The translations under genes were made by a program, and so were the position numbers. DNA of 64,000 nucleotides, taken from Octopus sinensis. Taxonomy: Eukaryota. Shown in pieces: positions 23,373-36,310 of the stretch; within the stretch, counting starts at the first letter, position 1; every line of letters starts with the position of its first letter. The stretch is from the NCBI RefSeq assembly GCF_006345805.1, contig NC_043012.1:1984001-2048000 (forward strand). The letters are read 5' to 3'. The notes beneath the pieces were generated by a model. The model ran no database searches, was not told where the DNA came from, and saw nothing but the letters and a program-made list of their open reading frames with translations.

Positions 23373-24517
23373 GCAATAATTATCACAGCAAAGTGAAATG
23401 ATTTCAGTGCCTTACTATCGCAGCTTTGCAGTAGTTGCAAGTTATTTCATTAAGTCAACAGCCGTACTGCTTACTTAACAGTTATATCTATATAATAAAG
23501 GTTGCGGACATGACCATGTGGTTATAAATTTACTTCACAACTATGTGATTTCAGGTTCAATCCCATTGCACAGTACCCTGGACAAGTGTCTTCTTGTGTG
23601 GACTGGAGTCTTGTGAATGACATTAAAAAAAAGGTAGAAACTTTGTGGTAAGTCCAAAGAAGGGACCACGCCTGTTCTTGGACGATAAATTTATTCCTTC
23701 GTCCAGTTAAACACTATCACCTGGTCCTTGGATGGCTTTACTGGAGATCACTTAGTTGCAAGCTCAGGTTTTGGCCCTTAGGATAAATTCTTCTCACAAG
23801 TCATGAAGGCACTGAAAAGTGGATCATAGATATTGTCCATATTGCTCAAACACCAAATATATAAACCATAAAGTAAATGCCCTACTCAGTTGTCCATCAC
23901 TGGCCAGATCAGCATCATCTGACCTGACTGTCTCAATCCAAACTATAGTGGTCTATGTGAAATATATCAGTCTTCCAACCATGGCCTTCTGTTAAAAAAT
24001 CATTGTGATCCATGACTGAGCAGAATTATGATAAAAAGATTCCCTGTCATGTCCAACCTATCCTTCTCTCAGGCATCGAAAACCTGAGACTATTTTATTC
24101 AAAGTACCCTTTTTTGAAATGGAAAATCCTTGGGGAATTTGGCTGCTATTTTTAGCAAGTCCATCAACCACATAGATGAAGACATCCTTTTTGATTCACA
24201 TAGCTCTTGTTATTCTTTAGTACCAGGTTTCTCTTGAGTAGTCATATGATAAAGTGCTCCTCCTACACTATCATCTGACTTGAGGGAGATTTGGTTTCTA
24301 TCTCTAGCAAGTTAAGCCACTACTCCCTAAATCATAGAGGTGACAATGATGATGCCACTAACCTGAAAGGCAGGAATGAAGAAATCAGTAAGGAATGCAG
24401 GTGACTTCTTAAGCACAGATGAAAGAACTTTATAGTTTACTTCCACCAGGAGCCTCTAACTTGCTGGAAACAACAGCCATATACATTATATATATATACA
24501 TATATATATATGTATAT

Positions 24518-24704
24518 GTGACCTGGTGAGTACCGCTGCCGATTTTTTTCCTGTCTTCCCTTCTCCTGTTTCCGATGAAGAGCTCCGCTCGAAACGTCAA
24601 ACCCTCCTTCTTCCCTTCTTTCCTGAGCGTCCAATAATACTTTATTTGTTCCACGTCCTCGCGTAGCTGGGTTTTTTTTGTGTTTTCTTGTTTGGATTAA
24701 CTTT
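24518..24704 (+). mobile_element. Probable Penelope-like element terminal (pLTR) remnant between (TA)n tracts
   Basis: Contains a hammerhead-like motif at 24568-24602 and is bounded by TA microsatellite on both sides. The family assignment rests on the known link between minimal hammerheads and Penelope pLTRs. Confidence 0.6.
24568..24602 (+). ncRNA. Minimal type I hammerhead ribozyme-like motif (CCGAUGA core variant)
   Basis: GTTT-CCGATGA-A-GAGC/TCC/GCTC-GAAA-CGT-C-AAAC. Stem I GUUU/AAAC, stem II 4 bp, loopless palindromic stem III ACGU, GUC cleavage triplet ending at 24598. Confidence 0.7.
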
Positions 24705-24897
24705 ATATATATATACACACCACATCATCATCATCATCATCGTTTAACGTCCGTTCTCCATGCTAGCATGGGTTGGACGGTTCGACCGGGGTTCTGGGAA
24801 GCCAGAAGGCTGCACCAGGCTCCAGTCTAATCTGGCAATGTTTCTACAGCTGGATGCCCTTCCTAACGCCAACCACTCCGTGACATATATATATATT

Positions 24898-25308
24898 CTT
24901 TTACACGTTTGTCATTTGACTGTGGCCTACTGGAACATGACCTGAAAGGGTTTTAGTCAAAGAAATCAACCCCAGGACTTATTCTTTGTAAGCCTAGTAC
25001 TTATTCTATCAGTCCTTTTTGCCAAACAGCTAAGTTACGGGTACATAAAGACATCAACATCGGTGGTCAAGCGATGGTGGGAGGACAAACACAGACAACA
25101 AAGACATACACACATAGATACATACATATATATATATATATATACAACAGGCTTCTTTCGATTTCCATCTACCAAATCCATTCACAAAGCTTTGGTTGGC
25201 CCAAGGCTATAGTAGAAGACACTTGCCTGAGATGTCACACAGTGGGACTGAACCTGGAACCATGGGGTTGGGAAGCAAGCTTCTTACCACACAGCCACAC
25301 CTGCACCT
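24898..25308 (-). mobile_element. SINE family A
   Basis: Reverse-complement homology to 13958-14366. Other minus copies at ~19340-19670, 30285-30560 and 47757-48137. Confidence 0.85.
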
Positions 25309-27119
25309 GTGTGTGTGTGTGTATGTATATATATATATATAAATATATATATATTTACTGCTAAATGTATGCTAGGTCATTACTAATGACATACAATCCT
25401 TGTAGCAACAGATACACAAATCTTGTTCCTGAAAGGAATCGCATGCAGCCAGAAGAATCTTTCATAGGACCTTAGTGTGAAGTGGTTGGTATTAGCAATG
25501 ACATCCAATTGCAGAAACTACCCCAAAAAGAAAAGAAAAAAAAACAAGAATAAAAAAAGGGGCATATATCAAGACGAGATGCTCTGACCTACCTAGAAGA
25601 GCAATCGCTCCAAATAAGAAATGACTCAGACTGTGATGATCCATCAACTTGTGCCAAAATGGGAAGCAGAAATATAATGATGATGATAAAGGCCTACAAT
25701 GTAGCTGTTCTGTTTTTAGCTCTTTAGCATTCAGATTACTCTGCCAAATGTAATGCTTATTTATTCTCTGTTTCAAATTAATCCTGCGTTGCCTCATATC
25801 TTTGAGATTTCAACGATGTGACTGTTTAGTTTTAGAAAGCCATTGTAGGGCAGGTGTGAATGGCTGGGTTCAGCTGGTTTAACTAGAGAAAACAGAATAC
25901 TAGGGGCTGATATGATTGATTTAAATGCTGCAGGATTAAATCACTGAATGTGATTTAAGTGATATTTGGATGTTATTTTTAGCAAGTCAAGTGATCATAC
26001 AAACTTTCTCTCCCTTAAGGTTGCACAGTATTTTTTTAATTGTCTAAACAAATGGTGTCTTAAGAAGATTCAAGACTTCAAAATATTTGAACTCCTATAC
26101 GTCTTAAAAGAAAGATAAATAATTTGGTTGAAAGCTCTCTCATTCCTGCCATGTCCAGACTGAATATTTACACAAAAGCTCTCTTGAATGCTCATCCAAT
26201 TCCTCTTTCTTACATAGGAATAAAGCCTAAGATTTTCTTACAGTACAAAGCGCAGTTTGCATAACAGAGGTTGGAGGGGGGGGGGAGGCACTCTAAACAT
26301 AAGACTGCTTTTGGATATCAACCTTTCAACAATGAAGATTCACTTGTCTGATCAATGGGTAACCTGCTCTGGAATTAATGTGTAAGTGGTCGAGTATTCC
26401 ACGATTCCTGTACCCTTAACCCTTTTGATACAAACCTACCTCAAACTGCCCTTGGTTCTACAATACAAAATTTCTGTTTTAAAATTATCTAAATTACAAT
26501 CTCCTATTAAAATTTCTGGTAAATTTATCTACAAGACAACAGTTTAATTATAACCAAGTTTATTTCTTAATTTATTTTCAAAATTATTTGAAAGAAGGAA
26601 GTGCTTTTCCACAGATAGAATCAGCTTGGCAGCATGTGTCAAGGCTGTATCTTTTTGAATTACAGACACATCTACCCAACAAGTTTCTACCAACTCAATT
26701 CCTCTCTCAAGAAATGGGTCAACTTGAGGCAACAGAAAATGACATTTACCCAAGATGTGACACAGTAGGATCAAACCTGGGACCTTGTGGTTGCAAAAGT
26801 AAATTTCTTAATGATTCAGTCATATTCGTGCCTACCGTTAAGACTAGAATTCTTGGAAATAATGAGGCATATAGGCTCAGCTTGATGTGTAATATCAATA
26901 AGCATTAACAAAGGAACAGAGATGAAATGAAAAAGAAGAATGAGCATCAACAGAATTCAGTTGTAGTGTGCAAAAGAGAAGACTGCATTAGAACAGAAGT
27001 CTGACGCTGATGTTTTAATAGGAATTAAAATTGGGAAAAGTAGTGACCAATAATCCAAGAAGAGGGAGTTGGTGGAAGAGGAGCAACAAAGACAATGGAA
27101 GAAGTGATTAAACTTTTTT

Positions 27120-27700
27120 TTTTTACTTGCAGTGTTTAAAAGAGGGACAGGGCCCTTGGCCTTTCATAGGCCATCGTAGTCTGGCAAGACTGATGTCAGT
27201 CAAATTCCTGTTGAATATTTGCAGGAAAGACATAAGCAGGGAGGAGATCTCAAAGAGCTAATATTCTAAGAAAGAACAGATTGGGGGTGAGGGGTATAGT
27301 AATTAGTACAGAATGGAAAGGGGGCACGGAAGGGGTGAGCACAAAAAATCTGATCCCAGGATGCTGGGCCTCACAAAAGAGATGACAAGGAACTACAACA
27401 AGAGAAGAGAAGCAATGCTTCACAGGTCAAAGCATAAATAAAATAAAATCCTAAATTAACAATGAAAGTCAATGATATGGGAAGTTGGGGATCAATCATA
27501 CTTTACCACTAAAAGTCAGATTAGTGACATCAGTGAAAGGAAAGGGTTCCATGTGAGAATCAGAAGAGATCTACTCTACAGACTCCCAGTTCATCAGGAA
27601 CTTACCTCCATTCTTTTGTTTACCTGCCAACACTGTCTTTATCATAGTATATCCCTTGTATTACAATATTCCTTTCTTTATCACACTATTAAACACATTC
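27120..27700 (-). mobile_element. Highly degenerate L2/CR1-group LINE 3' remnant
   Basis: Broken minus-strand translation resembles ..SHME..; ..HRR.VSSLSLFY..; ..LWNSLP..VFP..; ends at an A-rich tract. Many stops and indels. Confidence 0.4.
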
Positions 27701-28604
27701 ACAGAACTTTACAATGTAAAGTAAAACCAAAGTAACGGTTCACTGGGGCATTGGCAATGAGGTTTAAAAAAAGTGATTTTCGACACCAATTCGTACTTTT
27801 GTTTAGCTGATGTTGGCATGGACACACAGATACAGAAATAGCAATAATAATAATATTTAAAATACAGGCACAAGAGAAACACAGTTTGCAAGAAAGCATA
27901 GTTGATTGGATCAGCTCCAGTACATTGAATGGTGCTCTGTTTTATCGATCCCAGAAGCACAATAAGCAGAGTCAGCCATAAACTGCTTAAGAAAACTTAA
28001 AAAAAGACAACAACAACAACAAAACTCGATTATTTCAATCCACATCAAGACAGGCAGTGAAAATAAGATTTGACCCAGTAATTCAGACGGTACTTTGGTA
28101 TGTTTTTACTTTCAAAGAGACAGTCAGAGTTCAATTACAAATGAGTACATAAATGTGAGTGTGGGAGTAAATGTGTGTGTGTGAGTGTGTGGACATGTGG
28201 CTCAGGTGATATACATCCAACGGGTCAGGGTATTATATTTCAAAAGTTGGGGAAAACTTTACAGGTCTCCTTTTGTTTTACTTTTTTTTTTTTTACCATT
28301 CTTTGTTTGTAAGTCTTTTTCTAATTTTGATTTATTATTATTTTTTTTTTTTAGTAATTTTTGTTTCGTTATCTTGTAAAACAGCAAAATGGAAGATTTG
28401 ATAAAATGAAGCAATAACCAAAGTAGTTATTCTCTAGTAGTACATATGCCGAGTGTGCATGTGTATGTGTGTCTGTCTGTTTATGACAGCAATTTTGAAT
28501 GTTATTGAAAGAGAGAAACAGAATCAAGCAACTCAGTATTTCACTTCACATATTCAATTTCATCCAGCAAAACCAAAAAAAAAAAAAAAATAATAATAAT
28601 AATC

Positions 28605-29750
28605 TTTTCTACTATAGGCACAAAGCCTGAAATTTTGGGGGAGGAATAAAAGTCAATTACAATGACCCATTTTCAACTGGGACTTATTTTATTGACCCTG
28701 AAAAGATAAAAAGGCAAAGTTGACCTCAGTGGAATTTGAACTCAGAACGTAAAGATGAACCAAGCATTTTGCCCAGTGTGCCAGCTCACTGCCTAAATAA
28801 TAATAATGGCTTCAAATTTTGGTACAAGGCCAGCAATATCAAGGGAGTGGGTAAGTTGATTATATTGACCCCAGTATTCAACTGGTACTTATTTCATCGA
28901 CCCTCAAGAGGATGAAAGGCAATAATAATAATGATTTCAAATTTTGACACAAGGCTAGCAATTTCGGAGGATGGGTAGTAAGTCAATTACATTGACCCCA
29001 GCACTTGCCAGGTACTTTCATCCCCGAAAGGATGAAAGACAAAGTCGAACCCAACGGAATTTGAATTCAGAACGTAAAGACGGATGAAATACCCATTTCT
29101 TTACTACCCACAGAGGGGACAAACAAGGACAGACAAATGCATTAAGTCGATTATATCGACTCCAGTGCACAACTGGTACTTATTTAATCGACCCCGAAAG
29201 GATGAAAGGCAAAGTCGACCTTGGCGGAATTTGAACTCAGAAAAGCATTTCGCCTGGCGTGCTAACGTTTCTGCCAGCTCGCCGCCTTAGTAGCAGTAGT
29301 AGTAGTAATAATAATAATAATAATAATCCTTTCTACTGTAGGCACAAAACCTGAAATTTGCGAGTATGGGGCAAGTTGATCCCATTGCCCCCCTCTCCCC
29401 ACATTGGTACTTATTTTATTGACCCTGAAAGGATTAAAGGCAAAGTCGACCTCAGTGGAATTTGAACACAGAATGTAAGGATGAGCAAAATGCCGCTAAG
29501 CATTTTGCTTGGTGTGCTAACGACCGCCAGCTCGCTGGCTTAAAAATAATAATAATCTTTTCTACTTTAAGTACAGGGCCTGAAATTTTGGGGGAGGAGG
29601 CCAGTCAATTACATCGACCCCAGTACACTACTGGTACTTAACTTATCGACCCCGAAAGGATGAAAGGCAAAGTTGAGTTCAAAACGTAAAGACATGAAAA
29701 ACCGCAAAGCATTTCGCCCGGCATGCTGTTTCTGCCAACTAGCCATCTTA
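28605..29750 (-). mobile_element. Head-to-tail stack of about six SINE family C copies
   Basis: Repeated GACCCC..AAGGATGAAAGGCAAAGT..GACC..GGAATTTGAACTC blocks, mostly separated by (AAT)n tails, all in the same orientation. Confidence 0.88.
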
Positions 29751-32700
29751 ATAACAATAATAAATTCTAACATACATGGGTAGGGTATATTCTTCTTTCA
29801 CTGGTCTCAGCCATTAACCTATGGTTATGCTGGGATGCAACCTGAGATTCTAGTTTATTATGTTAATTAACCCCAGTACTTTATCTGTGTCTTTGGCATT
29901 TCACATCCTCGTGGGATAAGAGACACTAAGTAGCCAATAGTATCAAGGGAGATAACTCTGCCAAGTAGCTATAGCACAAGGAGTTTCTGCTTGATTGCAC
30001 CAGTTGTCACTCAGTGCTTGAACACACAGAACTTCTAGTGTCTCTCCATCCACTGTCATTCACAACCTATTGGTCAATGCACAGCCAGAAAAGAAGGCAA
30101 TTTCCCCAAGTGTCATGCAGTGGAGTTGAACCTGGAACCCTATGAGTAAAAAGTGAACTTTTTAACCACACAACCAAGTAAATTAGGCCGACTCTATGGG
30201 GGCGGGGAGTAGTAGAAGTGGTTTGATTTAATTGACACGTGACCTAATGACTTCGGGGGGAAAGCTAGTTAGCAACATTCTTTTATTCTTTTACTGGTTT
30301 TAGTCATTCAAATGCAACCATGCTGAAGCACCCCCTTAAAGGGCTTCAGTCAAAGAAACTGACTGCAAGACTTGATCTTTGTAAACCCAGTACTTATTCT
30401 ATTGATCTCTTTTACTAAACCGCTAAGTTACAGGGACATAAACAAACCAGCATTGGTTGTAAAGTGATGGCGAGGGGGAACAAACATAGACACGTGCACA
30501 TAAATACATACATGTCATTGGGAAGCAAGCTTCTTATCGCACAGCCATGCCTTCACATCTTTTATAAGGATATTTAGAATATAAATGCAGCAACATTTTC
30601 TGGGAATTGAAACCGGGTTACAGACCCCCATTCACTCAGACCACTTACAATCGGATTACAATAATTATTTGAAATTGAAACAACTTTACTGACCAAAACA
30701 GAGAAATAGTTTTGTTTGAGTTTTTTTTCCAGTGACAATAAAATGAGAACCAGGTTACTGTTTTTAATCTTCAACTAAATATGTATAGGTATGGTCAGGC
30801 ATTTTTGGAAACTGAAACAAGATCTGGGGCATAGGAGTACACTGGCCATCGTGAGATTGTGATGGTCACATCTGGAATACTTTTGATTATTAGGTCTGTT
30901 TGATATGTGATTGCCTAAGTTAATTGGCCGAGTCTATTACTTTTAGATAATCAGTTGTTGATAGCTGAGTCACATCATCACATATGGGATGCAAGTTAAC
31001 TGTTTAAGCCCTGTCCCAAGAGATATACCTGATCAAATTACAAAATAAAAGGCCTTAAGGCTTAAAAGATTTAATTGAACTTTCAGTTATTAAACAAATA
31101 AAAATAGAAATTAAAAGTCCGGTCAGAAAAATTTTTAAAAAAAGGGGGTGGGGTGCTCTCTTGAAGACCTGCAATGCTCCCTCAGAGAGGAGGCATTGAG
31201 GAACTATAGAATGGGATGGTAGGAGTTATACATGGGGCATGTATCATTAGATTTGTGATGGTGGTGGTAGGTTTACTGAACACAGCAGCTGTAACACTGA
31301 TGTAGTAACAAATATTTATTGCAGATAGACATAAATGGTGGTGCCACAGCTCATGAGCTGAAACTAGAATCAATCAATCATACACGTATCTGTAGTAGAA
31401 AATGCAATTGGTAATGGAGATACGTCAACCAGGTGGTCATGGTTATATTTGCGATACTGACAACAGAATGAATCAAATCACAGTAACGTTGGCTTTGGTC
31501 ACGGTATAGCGACATAATTACAATATGGTCCCCTAATTATAACACAACCACAAAGATGTCACATGATTAAAGTATGACATTCTTATAACTGTATCACCAC
31601 AATACAGCCTTGTAATTATAGTATGGTAGCGAGATGGCCTCATCAAATGTGAGAATGATTGAGGAAAAGCTATTTCCATCAGGAAGAAACTTCATTACAC
31701 TGATTTCCCCTGAGCTGAAAAATACATTGAGAAAACATAAATAAAGTATTATTATGATTATTAGCGGTGTTACTGTTATTTAATTATTAATGCTGTTGAA
31801 AAAAATGGAATAGCATCTGTAATAAGTTAGTTGTTTATGTTAATTATGGAAACATAAGGAAGCAGACAGAAGGGTATTTGGTAATTTTACACTCACAATG
31901 GGAAACAGACACGTTTTGATGGAAATATTTTTATGCACACAAGAGACATTACTGGTGTAAAGGGAAAAAAATTCTTTTGTGAGAAAAACTGTGTACAGAA
32001 AATATAATGAAATTATAAAACGAAATTTAATAACTTATATGAATTTCAGATTGGTTATTACAAAACATTTTCTAAAAATTTGTTTACTAAGAAATACTTC
32101 AAAAAGATAATTAATAATAATAATGATAATGGTTTCAAATTTGGCACAAGGCCAGCATATTTTGAGGGAGTGGGTTAGTTGATTACAACAACACTAGTGC
32201 TCAACTGGTACTTTATTTCACTGACCCAGAAAGGATGAAAGGCAAAGATGACTTTGGCAGGATTTGACCTCAGAAAGTAACAAAGATTTATTCTGTCACT
32301 AATGATTCTAATTATGATGATGATGACGAAGACGTCATGAACTTTTACAAAGGAATGAAGCGTGAGATTTGTAAGAGAAGAGGATGTGATGAAAAAGTGT
32401 GATCAGAAAATATGATACAGGTGCCACCCACTCCACCCTGGGGCAGTATTGAAATGGCTTTAACCCTTTAGCATTTAAACAGGCCATATTTGGCCTCTCA
32501 CACCCACAGTACAACATCGTTCTGAAGATAAACAATCACATCATTGAAATCTCAAAGGTACAAGATAATAGCCATGTTTTGATATAGGAGTTAAATTGTT
32601 CCCGGAGATCACTCGTAAAGCAGAGCAATAATTTCCCATAGTAGCAATGTTATAAATCATAATTCGTTCCCAGAAAAATATTTCACCTATAAAATTTATA

Positions 32701-35282
32701 ATACTTGTAAATAAATGGCAATAAAACAGTAGTAGAATGTAAAGAATATTTTATGTAAAGTAAAAAGAATGTCAAGATCATTTATAATAACAAATATTTT
32801 TTTTTTTCTGAATCGGTTTCACTAGACTTGCACACACCATCACTTGTAGACACAATTGCCAATTCACAAGTACTTGTAGACAGACTTGTAGATTTCTTTT
32901 TAACATAAAAAAAACAAGTCCAGAGTTGTTTGCTTAGAAGGAGTTTTTTTTTTTTTGCTCTCTATAAATTTCTCGGTAACACGCAGAAGCATTTGTTATG
33001 GTAGTAGGAATTTTTGCACTTCATACAAAATTTCGATCTTATCCTTGAAAACTCGGGATCTCATAAAGCGTGTCCTTGTACAGTGAGGTATTACTGTACA
33101 TGATTAATCCAAGCATTACTGTTGATGGAGTAATTTGAATGCCAAAGGGACACAGACACATGTTTGGAGAGAACTGAACCAATCCCACTACATGATAGAT
33201 ATTTTGTTGATTTCCAAGAAAACAAAAAGCAATTGATATGGGTAGGATCTATATACATGAAACATAAGCACAAAACTAAATAGCATACATAAGTTATGTG
33301 AAGAATGTGCTTTTACCATTTCAAGGCAAAGCTGACTTTTGTGAGGTTTAAGCTCAAGAAGTAAAGAACCGGAATGAATATCACAAAACATTTTTTGCCT
33401 CCTTACTCCCCACCCGATCCCTCCAACGTTCCAACAATTTTAATTTCAATAAGCTACAAAACAAAGTACTCGATTAAGCCACAGAGGACACAACAGAGTC
33501 AACCAAATTACAGTAAAAACATTATGAAGGGCTGAAAGAAGTACTTACAGAGCAAGAGAAAAATAAAAAAAGAAAAGAAAAAGAGGGCTAATTATTCATT
33601 AACTTTTCAAAGACACAAGAACAAAGAAATGGAGTGGCTTTTCACCAAGAACCAAGGCCAAAAGGCATTGCAATTTAGTAATACCAATTGCAGAATGGTA
33701 AATAACCAACCCCACTGCATTTCCAGATGACCATGGTTATCATGAACACAACACACACATAAATATAAAGTCTGGAGATATGAGAGGTGAATATACATTT
33801 ATTTAACCACATGTGACAGCCATAGGGTCATGGTTGTTTCGCAACCTTTTTCATGTAGTATCAATTTCAGTATGGGAGAAGTTATGAAATCTTTGTTTTT
33901 ATATATTCCGCATGAAATAATTTCATTGCTCAGATTTTCTAGATTTTTCACTGACATAGTCACTCTACACAACACTTCTTTGTAATTAATTACTATTGAG
34001 GATTGATAGCCGGTTCTATACGAGGAGCTTTCTGTGATAGCCACAAGATTCTCTGTCATGTGTGGAGCAATCTGTTACCTGATTTAACACCACCATCTGG
34101 CTCCTGGGTGCATTTAGGAGAGATCACTCTTTCATGCATTCACTCAGATTTCAGACTTGAGACTGACTATATATATGTATACATACACACACACACACAT
34201 ATATATATACACACACACACACACGTGTGCATGTACATACATACACACAAAGCTGGTTTCATAGATAAATTAAAGACATAATTAAATGAGTCTAATTAAA
34301 CAAGTCCTTTTACATTTTTATTGTATTTTCTCAATATTAACTTTACATTGGATAGTGTCTTTATGTATGTATATGTGTGTGTATGCATATATATATATAT
34401 ATATATATATATAGATAAAATGTATGTATATTAGCAGTTTATTTTAACAACAGTAGTTGTTAAACACAGTACAATTTCTTACACAGGCTCAAAAGGCCCA
34501 ATTTACAAAAGATAGTGTGATGTTCTTCATACCTTACTTTTCAAAGGCATTAGCAATACAAGTGAAATGAAATGACATGAATTGAGAATTTCAGGCAGGG
34601 TTTCAGATCCGCCCTGCTCCCTACCCTCTAGTCTATTGTATTTGCCACACCGCTTCTTATGAGAACCCAAGTAATAATAATAATAATAATGTTTGTGTAA
34701 CACAAGAACAAGATGAAGCATATAGTCTTTAATACAATGTTTTTTTTCCTTTTTATTTTATTGTTTTTTTGGTGTTTTCAGTTTAGTAGCCAATAAAGTG
34801 GAAGCTACTCAAAGATTTAAGGTCATTGGATGATAGTGGAGGGAAGGGGGAAAGGAGAATGTTTGTTCTGTTTGCTTTTTTTTTTCTACACTTTTTTGAA
34901 GAGGTGTGGGGAGGGGCGATGTTTTGTCTTTCATTTTTAAGATTATTTGGATAGGGAAAAAATGAAAGGTATAAACAAAAACAAATTTATTTATATTTTT
35001 TTTTTTTAGCTTTCTAAGCAGATAAGAAGGGAAAAGTAATTTCACAACATATTGATAAGTTAGCTCACCAATTAAATCTATTTTTGTCTTTTTTGTTGTT
35101 GATGCAATTTTCATAAAACTAATTTAAAATTTTAACTACTTCTCCCAGCCATTTAAATAAAGCTTAACCTTTTAGTATTGAGATTACTGTCAAACATAAT
35201 GCTTATTTATTCACATTGTCTTGAATTAATCATCCATCACCACATATCTTTGAGATTTCAATGATGTGATTGTTTATATATA

Positions 35283-36097
35283 GGCGCAGGAGTGGCTGTG
35301 TGGTAAGTAGCTTGTTTACCAACCACATGGTTCCGGGTTCAGTCCCACTGCGTGGCATCTTGGGCAAGTGTCTTCTACTATAGCCTCGGGCCGGCCAAAG
35401 CCTTGTGAGTGGATTTGGTAGACGGAAACTGAAAGAAGCCCGTCGTAAATATGTATATATATATGTATGTTTGTGTGTCTGTGTTTGTCCCCCTAGCATT
35501 GCTTGACAACCAATGCTGGTGTGTTTATGTCCCTGTCACTTAGCGGTTCGGCAAAAGAGACCGATAGAATAAGTACTGGGCTTACAAAGAATAAGTCCCG
35601 GAGTTGAGTTGCTTGATTGAAGGCGGTGCTCCAGCATGGCCGCAGTCAAAATGATTGAAACAAGTAAAAAGAGTGAAAAGATATTATAAGGCGCACGAGT
35701 GGCTGTGTGGTAAGAAACTTGCTTCCCAACCCCATGGTTCTGGGTTCAGTCCACAAGCGTAACACCTTGGGCAAGTGTCTTCTACTATAGCCTCAGGCCG
35801 ACCAAAGGCATTGTGAGTGGATTTGGTAGACGGAAACTGAAAGAAGCCCATTGTATATATGGATGGATGTATTTGTAATTCATATCTGTGTTTGTCCCCC
35901 CTGCCACTATCACTTGACAACTGATGCTGGTGTGGTTTCATCCACACCACTTGGTGGTTCAGCAAAAAGAAACCGATAGAATAAGTACTAGGCCTACAAA
36001 GAATAAGTCCTGGGGTCGATTTGCTTGACTAAAGGTAGTGCTCCAGCATGGCCACAGTCAAATGGCTGAAACATGTAAAAGAATAAAAGACTAAAAG
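35283..36097 (+). mobile_element. Two tandem SINE family A copies (35283-35681, 35690-36097), directly after a family-1 MITE fragment
   Basis: Two GGCGCA(G/C)GAGTGGCTGTGTGG heads. MITE sequence TTAACCTTTTAGTATT... runs from ~35165 up to the first head. Confidence 0.9.
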
Positions 36098-36115
36098 AAT
36101 GAATATGCATGTATG

Positions 36116-36159
<44 letters not shown>

Positions 36160-36274
36160 CACATATATGTATGCACATATATGTATGCACATATACGCAG
36201 CGCTATGCGTGCGGCAAGTTTTCTACGGCCAGATGCCCTTCCTGACGCCAACCCCCACCTGTTGCCAAGCGAGG

Positions 36275-36310
<36 letters not shown>

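Noticed and set aside
15000-35000. Possible nested protein-coding gene in the giant intron
   Set aside because: I found no chain of phase-compatible exons or recognisable protein motif on either strand. Small or non-coding exons cannot be excluded without RNA data.
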